Positions 11,801 to 23,800 of a stretch of 60,000 nucleotides of DNA are shown here, piece after piece. The notes under the pieces are model-generated. The model was not told the DNA's origin. It worked only from the letters and a program-made list of their open reading frames with translations, and ran no database searches. This DNA is from Sphyrna mokarran. Lineage: Eukaryota. Both the position numbers and the translations under genes were made by a program. The stretch is from positions 30,382,001-30,442,000 of the forward strand of contig JAGIQG010000008.1 in the NCBI GenBank assembly GCA_024679065.1. Reading direction: 5' to 3'. How positions within the stretch are numbered: position 1 is the stretch's first letter; each line of letters starts with the position of its first letter.

Positions 11801-14800
11801 TTAAGGAAAAATACAGCAATTATTCTGCAATGGGCGCATACTAAAGGGTAAAACAGGAAGGAGGGAGAGGAAAAAAATCTGCAGGCAAATAGCGAGAAGA
11901 TGCAAAAGAAGATAGTCATGATAATGAAGACTTCAATTATTGTGAGATAGACTGATTTGGGAATAATATAAAGAGAAGAAATAGGAGGAGGGTACATTAT
12001 GTGCTGCAACATAGGGATATTTTACTTTCAACTGACTGCACAACAGGAATGTTAGGACAATTTTGATATTTCTTTATAAAGATAAACTTCTAGGCAATCA
12101 TTTTCCATGGGCAGGAAGCTGTATCCAGCCCATGATCTGATCTCTGGATGCCTACATCAAACACGAGAAATAAAAAGTAGCTGGAATGTGGAGGTGGTGG
12201 TGGTGAGTTATTATTTATGCTACTTACTCTAAAAGTTTCCTTTTCCTCCCAATAAAGTTATGTAAAAACAAAAGAGGGACAGCTGATTCAGATGTCTGTA
12301 CTCACTTCTTTAAGTGCTGTCTTGCTGCTGGAAGTCCAGACATGTCTTCATTGAGCACATATTTCTTAGTTCCTATACAGTAATTTTCAATGTATTCGGG
12401 CCAATGAAGCTGGCGAACATCAAAATTGAATCCCTGCAAAAGAAGCATTAAAAGTTGGCCTTGCTGCTCTGATTCAAAACTCTCACAATTCACCGGGTGC
12501 AGGAAGACTGTAAATTCTGTCGTGCAATCTCATTCATGGACATCTTTGTTAAGTTTTGCGATCAAACTTCCATTTCACGTATTTAATTTTGTATTTAAAT
12601 GTCTGTAAGCAAAAAAGGTACTGGGTTAAGAGAATAGAACTTCCACATCGACATTTGATTATGACTACACAACACACGTGGAAAAGCTACAAACTTTATT
12701 CGGGCCCGGGCATCCTATCTCGGTTGTGTTGTTGCCGTAGGTGATTAAACTTGGCTACGTTCTTTCGAAGTCCTACCCACAATACTCAACCATTCCGTCT
12801 GATTGTTAGCAACAGAATTTAAGTGGGAAGCACCAGAACATTGTTGAAACATAGGGAGCAGGGAAATGCCAGAATTAACTTGGTGGGGTGAGTGTCTGTG
12901 AAAGAGGAATGCCAACATGAACTGAGAAGGCAGAAGAGGAAGGCCACACAATATTGTGCCAGGATGGGTTGAGCTGAGCATGAAAAGAATGCCCAAATTA
13001 ACCTTCAACAGTTCAAGGAGGAGTGAAAGCAATTGGGGGAAAGAGGGGGCGAGGAGGTTGATGGAGTAAACTTGAACTGAAAGGAATAGAATGTCTCTAT
13101 GAGCAGAATGGGAGAGGAGTTGCAGATGGGCAATGATGAATTGATGTGGCATTTGAGGGTATAACGATCTGGTTGGTTTGTCATATATTAAAAATCTATC
13201 AACCAGAACGTACCAATATTTGTGATGAGGCAGGGGCAGTATTTGCAAGGAATGTGTATAATTGCTGCCTATAATCCAAGAGGAAGGGTTAAGATCTTCC
13301 TTTTTTAAAAAAATAAGTCTGATGATTTACAAGAGGCAATATCTTTGAAATTAGAAAGGAAGTAATTAATTTCCAAATGGCAAATCATTGTTTTCAAAAC
13401 ATGAGCAAATTCATTCCTTTGTAGATTAATAAATGCAATGTTTACCTTCATTATGGGTTTTAAAATGTGTGAAATACAGGATTAAGAAAACCTTGTTCCT
13501 TCAGATTTGGATCTCTCTTTAGGCTTTCATGTCCTTTAATATCTTTTCCTTCAATATGACAAAGAATCTTGTTTATACCCGCAGTTTATATTACTTGCAT
13601 GTATCTAACTGTATCTTCAGTGCAATTATTTCAACTTGGCTGCACCAACCAGTCCCTAGGTATCTTGGAAGTTGTGTGTTCTCCATGTACATTTTTGACT
13701 TGATATTGCACAACGTGCAACCACAGACATTACAACACAGAAGGAGATCCTTTGGTCTGTCATGTTTGTACCAACTCTCTCCAATAGCAACGCAGCTTAT
13801 TCCACTCCCAGCTTTTTCCCCATAGCCCTGGAATTTATTCAAAACCAAATTTGAGACAATTTAGGGAGAATTTGTTTTGCCAATTAGCCTAAGAGCACAT
13901 TTTTGGGATGTGGGAGGAAACCGGAGCACCCGGAGAAAACCCACGCAAGCACGGGGAGAATGCACAAACTCCCACAGACACAGCCCAAATCCATGTATCT
14001 GCACAGCACAGCGATAGTCACTGAGCTGTCGTGTTGCCCATCAAATGGTCCAGGTCAAGCGTACACTAACAACGTGAAGCACTAGGATACTCACGAAAAA
14101 AAATCCAAGAACAGCCCTCTCACGACCCATCGCGTGTATGCCCCTTGTTAGACAGCAAGGTGGACCAAAGCACCTGTAGGATAAAGACAAGTACATCAAT
14201 ATCATCATCTATTTACACACTTCCCAGGGACTCCCAAGGCTCATGATCCCTATTTTAAATCAGTTTTCTATACCCCTCCATTCCCATTCTGTTCATGTGC
14301 CCATCTAGTATTTCTTAAATAACTCCAGAGTACCTGCCTCCACCACTTTACTTGGCAGTGCATTCCATACCCCACCACCCTCTGTGTGAAAAAACTCCTT
14401 CTAGCATCCAAATTATACCTTACCCCCCTCACCCTAAGCCCGTGACCCCTCGTGCTATTTGAGTCCATCCTGGGAAAAAGCTTAACCCTGTTTACTCTAT
14501 CTATACCCCTCATAATCTTGTACACCTCTATTAGATCTCCTCTAGGTCTACGTCTTTCTAAGCAAAACAGCCCCCATTTGCCTAACCTCTTCTCGTAATC
14601 AGACCTTCCATACCAGGCAGCATCCTGGTAAACCTCCTCTGCACTCTCTCCAGAGTCTCCATGTTCTTCCAGTAGTAAGGAGACCAGAACTGGACGCAGT
14701 ATTCCAAACGAGGTCTAATTAACAGTTTATACAACTGCAACATTAAAGGCCAGCTCTTGTACTCTATACCCCTTCCTATAAAGGCTAGCATACTATATGC

Positions 14801-17800
14801 TTTCTTCACAACCTTCTCCACCTGCTCTGCCACCTTCAGAGACTTGTTCACCTGCACCCCCTGGTCCCTCTGCATTTCTATACTCTTAATAGGTCTACCC
14901 TTTATCATATACCTTCCCTCTACATTCTTTCTTCCGAAATGCATCACCTCGCATTTATCAGGATTGAATTCCATCTGCCCAAGCTACCAACCTATGTCCT
15001 GCTGCATCGCCTGACAATGCTCCTCACTATCCACAAGTCCAGCCATCTTTGTATCATCTGCAACTTTGCTGATCACTCCACTTACTCCCTCTTCCAAGTC
15101 ATTTATATATATTACAAATAGAAGAGGTCCCAGTACTGAATCCTGTGGCACACCACTAGTGACTGACCTCCAGCTAGAAAAACACCCTTCCACTATTACT
15201 CTCTGTCTCCTATTACCAAGCCAGTTACTTATCCATCTAGCTACCTGTCCTTGTATCGCATGAGCCTTGACCTTTTGAACTAACCTCCCATGAGGGACTT
15301 TGTCAAATGCCTTACTGAAATTCATATAGACAACATCAATGGCTCGCCCTTCGTCGACCGTTTTTGTCACCTCCTCAAAAAATTCTACAGATTCATAAGG
15401 CACGACCTTCCCTTAACAAAGCCATGCTGCATATCCCTAATCAGATTGCAATGCTCTAAGTGCCTATATCCTATCTCTAAGAATCCCTTCCAACAGCTTC
15501 TCTACCACTGACGTCAAACTCACTGGCCTATAATTTCCAGGGTTATCCCTACTACCCTTTTAAACAATGGTACAACATTAGCTATTCTCCAGTCCTCTGG
15601 GACCTCACCTGTGTCCAAAGAAGAGACAAAGATTTGCGTCAGGAGGCCAGCAATTTCACCTCGCATCTCCCTAAGTAGCCTGGGATAAATGCCATCAGGC
15701 CCTCTAACCACTTCTCAACCTACACATCCACTGATTTGTGCACATGTACCCCCAAAATTGCTCTGTTCCTGCACTCCCCTTAAAATCGCCCCCTTTATTT
15801 TTTATTGCCTCTCCTTGTTCTTCCTACCAAAAATATACTGATTCACATTTCTCTGCATTAAATTTAACCCATTATCGTGCACCCATTCCACCAGCCTGTC
15901 TACGTCCTCTTCAAGTCTATTATTATCCTCCTCATAGTTTACAATACTTTTAAGCTTTGCGCCATCTGCAATTTTTGAAATTGCTCTCTGTGCATGCAAG
16001 TCTACATCCAATGCACCCCTCCCTGATGAGCTCGGTACATTCTCCACCTGTTTTGAGCAAGAGGTCAGCAAGAGCTGACATCCTGGAAGCCCTGGATGTC
16101 AGAACAACTTTCTTGAAGGTCAATCCACGTACAGTTCAAAAAAAAATTGAAAAAGCGCACCCAGGTCAGGAAAGAAAGAAAAGCAGGAAGTGGAGACAGC
16201 GGCTCTCTGACACAAATCATTGCCGGGGGAGGCGGGAGGCGGTGGTCAGTGATGCAGATCATTGATGTGCCTTGCACTGGAAATCATTCCTATGCTAATT
16301 TTATTCTGGTAGTCACAGGAAGATGGAACTTTGTAACCCTCTGATGGCTTCCACGACTAGGTGAAAGACAGTCTGGAGTTGTTAAAGAGATTGTTGTAAA
16401 AAAGGCAGAAAACAATAACCTGCTGAATCAGATGACCGATATAACCTTTGATCAAATAAATGAATCTTGCAGGCGTTTCTCATAGAGAGGAGATTGCTTA
16501 TCGATCTATGTCAAAAAAAATCATGCTAATCCTGGCAGTGGAGAGTATTTTCAAGCAGAGTTAATGATCTGATTGCTGTCCTGTCAAGTGCAATTCACTG
16601 AATCTGGAGCTCTAATCAGTCTGGGTCTTGTAATCAAATGTATCTCTGGGGAGGGGTGGCAGGTCAGATGTATCTCGTGGGGTGGGGGAAGTTGATCGTT
16701 GTCTAGTGGTAGGGGGAAGCCAATTACTTGCTGGCTGGGGTGGGGGGGTCTACTGCCACTCAGCAGGCAATTCCTCCTCCCCACTGGAGGAACAAATACT
16801 CCCTACCAGAGATCCATCCGCCTCCCCTGCCCCTGCACCAGTGAGCGATCGGGCCTCCCCCCCCCCCCCCCCCCCCCCCGTCACTAGACAATAATAATTA
16901 GCCCTCTCACCCCCTCCCCTGAGATACATCTGACCTACCTCTGTCCTCTCCGCCAAGGATGTTCTGACCCATCTTCCCTGCCCCCCCCCTCCCCCCCCAA
17001 CCGATCCCTTCCTCCTCCCAGAGGATGATCTGGGTCACAAAGTCTTTGCAGGCTTTGAACCCTTGCCAGAGATTCCCTGCAAAGTAAAAATCGGCTTTGG
17101 ATCTGGAAGGGAACAGGAAGTAAAATGGGATTTGGTAGTAAAGTTGGACGCACGGTTCATTAAATCGATTCAAATACATGCTCATGCATTTAAATCATCG
17201 GGTTGTCCGATTTGGGTGCGGATGGGATCCACGCCCGAATTGGGCGTTGGTAAAGCTGTGATCTGCTCAGATTCGGGTACAGGTCACGCTAAAGACCCAA
17301 CACCCGAATTTACCACGATTTCCCGCCTGAATTTTTGGTAATATCGGATCCTCTATTACTTTCCATGCCTCAAAAAAGCAGCCAGCGCAATCAAGGACCC
17401 CACACATCCCGGCCATTCTCTCTTCTAATTTTTTGGGTCAGGAGAAAGATATAAAAGTCTGAGGTCACATATCAACTGACTCAAAAACAACTTTTTCCCT
17501 GTTGTCATCAGGCGTTTGAATGGACCTACCATATATTAAGCTGATCTTTTTCTACACTCTAACTATGACTGTGATACTGTTGGGGATAGTGGGTGGGGGC
17601 GGTGGGAGGTGGATTCTTTCATCCCCTGCAATTATTTAGCACAGTGGGCCAGGAGGTATTAGTGGGGCCAGGTTAGCGTGATCTGCATTGTGTGTCTGGC
17701 CCCAAGCGCATCTCCCAGTGCCAGATTTCCTGCACCATTAGATCCACGCCGAAAGTAGGCACAGAACTGCATGAGGCATGCAAAGAAGCATGCAAATCCA

Positions 17801-20800
17801 ATTTAAATATCATTAGCAGGCACAGATCTGAAGTGTCCGGGCTCACTAGCTCTCCCCCACCTACCAGGAGTATTTCGCTCCAGCGAGGTTTATTGTAGCT
17901 GGACCCAGGGAGCTAGCAGTTCGATTCACTAGAGTTTGGGGGGGGGGGGGGGGTGGTGGTGGTGGTGGGTGGTGATGGGAGGCAATCAGGACCTCCCAGA
18001 GGGTGAGGTGTGGCAGGGGGGGGATATCCTCTGGGCATTGGCACCCTGGCAGTGCCAACCTCTGTCCCTGCCCAAGGGGTAGAGTGCCAATGTTCCGGGG
18101 CACTGGAGCAGGGGCAGCTCAGCCAAGATATGGGAAATGACAGTTTTACCTCAGAGCTGAACTGGGTTAAAGTAGTCTGTAGCACACTTATGGGCGGCCC
18201 TTAAAAAATAAATAACTTAAAAGGTTGATGTGTCTTGTAAGAAAATCCTTGGGATGAGTAACAAGTAAACCTTAACGCATAACAGTTGTAAAGCATATTG
18301 TTAAGGTAATCATGCTTGTTTTGCTTAAGTTTGTGTTTAAAAATGTGAAATCTAGTGACATGGTTGAGCAAAATGAGATGTCTCTTTAAGCGTTAACAGT
18401 ATTGAAGTGGATTGCAACAAACTTTAGAAGCAGTGATTTTTGTGGGTCCACGATCAAGCCACTAGATGGAGTAGGTCCTAAGATTAAGTTTTCAACCATT
18501 AGTAAGAGAATTATTGACAGTGCTGGGCCTCTCCCTGTTATCTCTGCCTTGCTGAACATGCACCATCACTGGAGTGACTCAAATCCAAGGTGACTTGTCC
18601 CTCTGTGTCCCATTTACTCTCTCTGTAATATTTAAAATGTCACAGTTCACTGCTCTTCTAATCTTCTTCTAGACGTTTGAAATGTACCAGGAGTACTTTT
18701 CTACATAAAATACATTAACATTAAGGCAAGTTGTTATCAGGATATCCCTGTCTCTCCTAATTCAATGCTGTGTTCTGGGGAAACTCGCAGCCACATCCCA
18801 TTAATAACACAAGAACAATAACTAGTGTTGTTCCCATATCACCCGTGGTATTTGCACAGAAGGTTATCAACATTTCCTAGACATGAAAATATTGAAGTAA
18901 GTGTTTAAGTACTCGTGACTTATTTTTGCCTGTTTGAAATACTATGATGATTTTGCAGCATTATTTAAATCATAAGCTCTTTTCAACTTTTACGCACAGA
19001 ATAGATATGGCATTTTGCAAGTGTGGATGGCTAGCTATTCAGTTGTTTGTTGGGAATGGCTATGTGGAAGTTGTACCAAACCAGGACAAGACATGTTCAA
19101 AGGGCAGGTTTTCTTTTATTCTTGCCTATTATGGTATGTTCATATAGTTTAGACCTCTCTAAAATGAGTTTGTGAGAAGGTGTAAGTTAATTAGGAAAAA
19201 TCAGGTAATATTTCTCTTGTGTTTTTATAATATACAAGCATCAGTCACTCATAACAAAGTGGGTAAACATATTGTGGGTTCATTTATTAACTCTAGACAC
19301 AAGTACACAGAGCTACATGGTTAATAAGCTTGAACACATCCGAGATATAGAGCTGTGTACTGTGTGCTCTTATTGACAGCAGAAGTAAAACTAAATCGGA
19401 TCTCATGGCACACTTCCTTCTAGTGAAGTTCAATTCCTTAAAGGTTATTATAACCTTTATTTGGGATAGTGTGGTGGCACAGTGGTTAATACTGCCTCTA
19501 AGCGCCAGGGACCCAGATTCAATTCCAGCCTCGGATGACTGTGTGGAGTTTACACTTTCTCCCAGTGTTTGCATGGGTTTCCTCTGGATGCTCTGGATTT
19601 CTCCTACAGTGCAAAAGACGCACTGCTTAGATGCATTGGCTATGCTAAATCTTCCCTCAGTGCACTCAAACAGGTGCCGCAGTGTGGCGACTAGGGATTT
19701 TCACAGTAACTTAATTACAGTATTAATATAAGCTTACTTGTGACACTAATAAATAGACCTAAAAAAAATTAAAACGCTAAGTTCTGTGGCAGTACTGTTC
19801 ATCCTAGAAGCTATAGTAATGTTCATTCAAATTTTTTATGAAGGCAAATTTCTTTCTTTATCAAAAGAAAATGTGGTCTATAGGGGATTCTTCAGTAATG
19901 ATGCGCATCAGATTAAGATGTGCTGACATTAATGGGTGTCGACATTTTTTTACTTCATATCAAATCCATTACCTCAAATCACTTCTGTAGCAAAATCAAA
20001 GCTGATTTCATTTAGTGTGCCTTGCCAACATATTCTGAATGAATCAATATCTGGAAATGTATTATATTTATCTATTTCTGCTTTCTAACATTGGCCAGTA
20101 GAAACAACAGAGTTTATTTCCAGGAGATAGTGGGAACATGTAACAAAATATCTTCCAGCATTCAAAAGGTTAGTGGCTCTTCATGCTCCTCACACCTACT
20201 GCTCTGACTTCCCTCCAAAGATGGTTCACTCAGAGCTGGATCACTTAGATCCTCCAACCCTTCAATCTTGTGCCCGAGGAACCTACTTCATTAAACAATA
20301 GTATTTAGTGAATAATTCACTGTGCTCTGCCAGTGTTGTTAAAGACTAGCACTTTATATAGTACGGATTTATATAGCACGGATTTATATAGCACTTTATA
20401 TAGGAGTTATAGGACGGATATCAGAGGTAGGTTCTTTACTCAAAGAGTGATTAGGGAGTGGAATGCCCTGCCTGCAGCTGTTGTAGATGCGCCAAGTTTG
20501 GTGGCGTTTAAGAGGTTAATTGATAAGTATATGGAAGAGAAGGGAATGGTTTAGTTTGGAGGGGCATTGCTTTTTATTTTGGTCGGCACAACATCGAAGG
20601 CCGAAGGGCCTGTTCTGTGCTGTATTGTTCTATGTTCTATGTTTATGTAGCTTCTTTGAACCGTATTTTTTAAATATCTTTCCTCCCCCCATTCTTTCTT
20701 CCTATTTTATCCCCCCCTTTCTTTAGCTTTTCTCCCCCTTTGCTTTGCCTCCCCCTGTCCCCACTGTTAATTTTAACTCTCTCTCCCCACTCCCCACATC

Positions 20801-23800
20801 TTCATCTGTCATAGTTTACCTTATGATTTCAACTCTCTATCATTTAGCCACTCACACCTCCTATTCTCTCAATGAACTGTCATAGCACTTCTTAGCCTTT
20901 CCCTTGGTTTCTGTGGTTATGACTCACCCTGCAGCATAAATATTTCCCACTTTCTACACCTTTTAGCTTTGACAAAGGGTCACCTGGACTTGAAACTTTA
21001 GCTCCTTTGTCTTCTTACCGATGCTGCCAGACCTACTGAGATTTGCCTTCATCTTCTCTTTTGGTTTCAGAATCCAGCATCTACAGTAATTTGCTTTTAC
21101 ACCTTTACTAACGTTCTGTTCCAGAAAATATGTATATGTTAACTCTGGATCAATGAATTCACTCGGGATTGGATCAAGAAGAAAATAATAAAATTAGTTA
21201 AGTCCAAAATTCCATTCAAAATGGTGTTTTTCTTTTAAATGGTCACAGTGATGTGTTTTACCCCTCTCTGATGTCAAGGTTACCTTTACAGTGCTATCCT
21301 GACACCACAGTTCAATGCTTTATTATAGACCTGCATTTGTGCCTCTATTTGAAGTACTCTGATTCATCGTCTTATCAGCAGTGCAGTGAGTTAGATGTTA
21401 TTATTTAAAGTGCTTATTTTCCTAGAATATTTTAGGGCCTCAGATTTTATTAGAGATGTGTCAGAGAAGAATATGAGGTATATGTTTAAAGGCAAAATGC
21501 GGCAGCAGATGCTGGAATCTGAAACAAAAACAGAATGCTTGGAAATCTCAGCAGGTTTGACATAGTCTGTGGAGAAACAATGAGACCACAGAGCCAATGA
21601 TTAGAGTCAGGATGACCCTTTATTAGAGCTTATATATCATGAGTTATATGCTCATAGGCCTGGTACTCCACTGTGGATTGCAATGTATAACTAGTGTATA
21701 TCTTGTGACCTTATGCTCGTACATGTAGGGAGAACAAACGGGGGATCATTTCCTGGATGGTGCTGCTATTTGAGGTTCTTACGGGGGGCATGGTGGCACA
21801 ATGTTTAGCACTGCTGCCTCACAGTGGCAGGGACCCAGGTTTAATTCCTAGCTTGGGTCACTGTCTGCACGGAGTCTGTACATTCCCCATGTCTGCATAG
21901 GTTTCCTCTGGTGCTCTGGTTTCCTCCCACAGTTCAAAGATGCTGGTTAGGTGCATTGGCCATGCTAAATTCTCCTTCAGTGTAACCGAACAGGCACCAG
22001 GATGTGGAGGGTATTTCCACAATAACTTCATTGCAGTGTTAATGGAAGCCTACTTGTGATACTTAATAAATAAACTAAGTAAGGAGTGCTGCTTACCCGC
22101 TTATCTTCAAGGCTGAGTTGACTCATCAACATATTCATATTGTCGGAACTCCAATCCCAGGACTTGCTGCTGAAGTACTCCAATAGCATCATGGACTTGT
22201 GAAGTCTGTTGAAGATCTTCATCATTCTGCAATTACATGTACATTTACATTCAGTTACTCCGTCCTTATATCTGTAATCATCAGTTAAAGAGTTGATTCA
22301 GTGTGAAAGCTCACTGGAGGCGATTCTACCAAAGAATTTCTAAGTGTCAAATTTGCATAAAAACTGGAGTAAATCATGCTGGTTTTTACAGCGGAAGTTT
22401 CAAAATGCATCTCCCACACTCTGTGCACTGCAAAGTGCACTTGCACAGTTCACTCCAAAAATCAGGAGGTGAGGTCTATTCCCGCTGGACAGGCCCAGCA
22501 GCAGAGCGGCACATAGCAGTGGTCCCTGTCAGTCGGCATCCCAATCACTGGCTAGTCCTGCAACCCCCACATCACTGGCTGTGCAATGCCCAATTGCTGC
22601 CATCCACCCCTAGCCACACCCCATCCCCAATGTGTCCGGCCAACCATGACCACCCACTCCTACCCCATAACCCCAAATTCCGGACCCACCCCAGCATCCC
22701 TGAATGCCCCAGCAGGTGGGAGACTGTGAACCCCACTGGAATAAGACACTCCTGGTAGGCAGGCAGGAGATGCTAGCGGGCTTGGAGACTTCAGTCCAGG
22801 GCCCACTAATAGCATTTGAATTATATTAAAATGAGCTGCTGAATACCTTAGGCAGCTGGCAGCACCGGAAGTGCGGCACTGGGAGAGGTATGGAGTCCAT
22901 GGCGCCCAGTGAACAGCCCGTGAAATGGTCTTCGTTCGAGTATCCCAGCTGCATTTAAAAAGCAGCACAGTGGGATGGGAGAATTGCTCCTACTGTATTC
23001 TATTGCCTTCACTTGAACTCACTGATATAATTCAGCATTCAACATTTGAAATGTTTGTTAATTTTACATTTGACTTATTTCACCATTTGCGGTTTCTATA
23101 ATTATGTATTAAATTCAGTATATGGCAAGGCACATGGGCATTCAATTGAAAACTCATTGTAAGCATCTAAATTACCTCTCCTCCCACAGCTAGCCTTGCC
23201 ACAGATATTTTGAAATGTTAAACACATCACTATTTCCTATCACAGTCACAGTCAATGTCACATACACAGAAGATGCTATTTTATAAAGAAAGTACATTGA
23301 CCATAAGCATCATGAGTGCGGCTAGCTCGATGCAGAATACCATCATCCCAAACTCAGCCACTGCTTGGGATAGCAGTAAATTGTATGCCATTTCTGGGAG
23401 GAGCAGCGCTTAAACACACTGGTGAGCCTGGTTGCAAAACTATTGGGTACCATTTTGGAAGGTCAGCCCAATCTCACAGACCTCTGGTAGACAACCCCCC
23501 TCCCACCCCCACAATCAGCAGCATGTTCGCCATTCTCTCCCTAACACAGATTGCTGGCATTGGGGCCCTCCCAATGGGTTCCCTCTCATGACCCTTGACA
23601 TGGCACCTCTTCATGACTTCCCATGACACAAGGGAAGTCATAAAGTCATGACACATTCATCAGGTCTTCACCTGATGAATGAGCTCCAAAAGCTTGTGAT
23701 TTCAAGTAGACCTGTTGGACTATAACCAGTTGACCCAGAAATGTGACTCCATGAGCTGAATTTGGATAGCTCAATCTCAGCATGTACACTATACGCACAA

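Noticed and set aside
12745..13248. 167-aa minus-strand ORF
   Set aside because: It is the low-complexity antisense of a purine-rich decayed repeat, with no recognisable domain.
16020..16045. CTGATGAG resembling a hammerhead core
   Set aside because: There is no GAAA or stem architecture; it encodes PDEL of a Rex1-type LINE.
20347..20403. CRISPR-like repeat array
   Set aside because: The context is eukaryotic, the units are 12-15 nt without unique spacers, and there are no cas genes.
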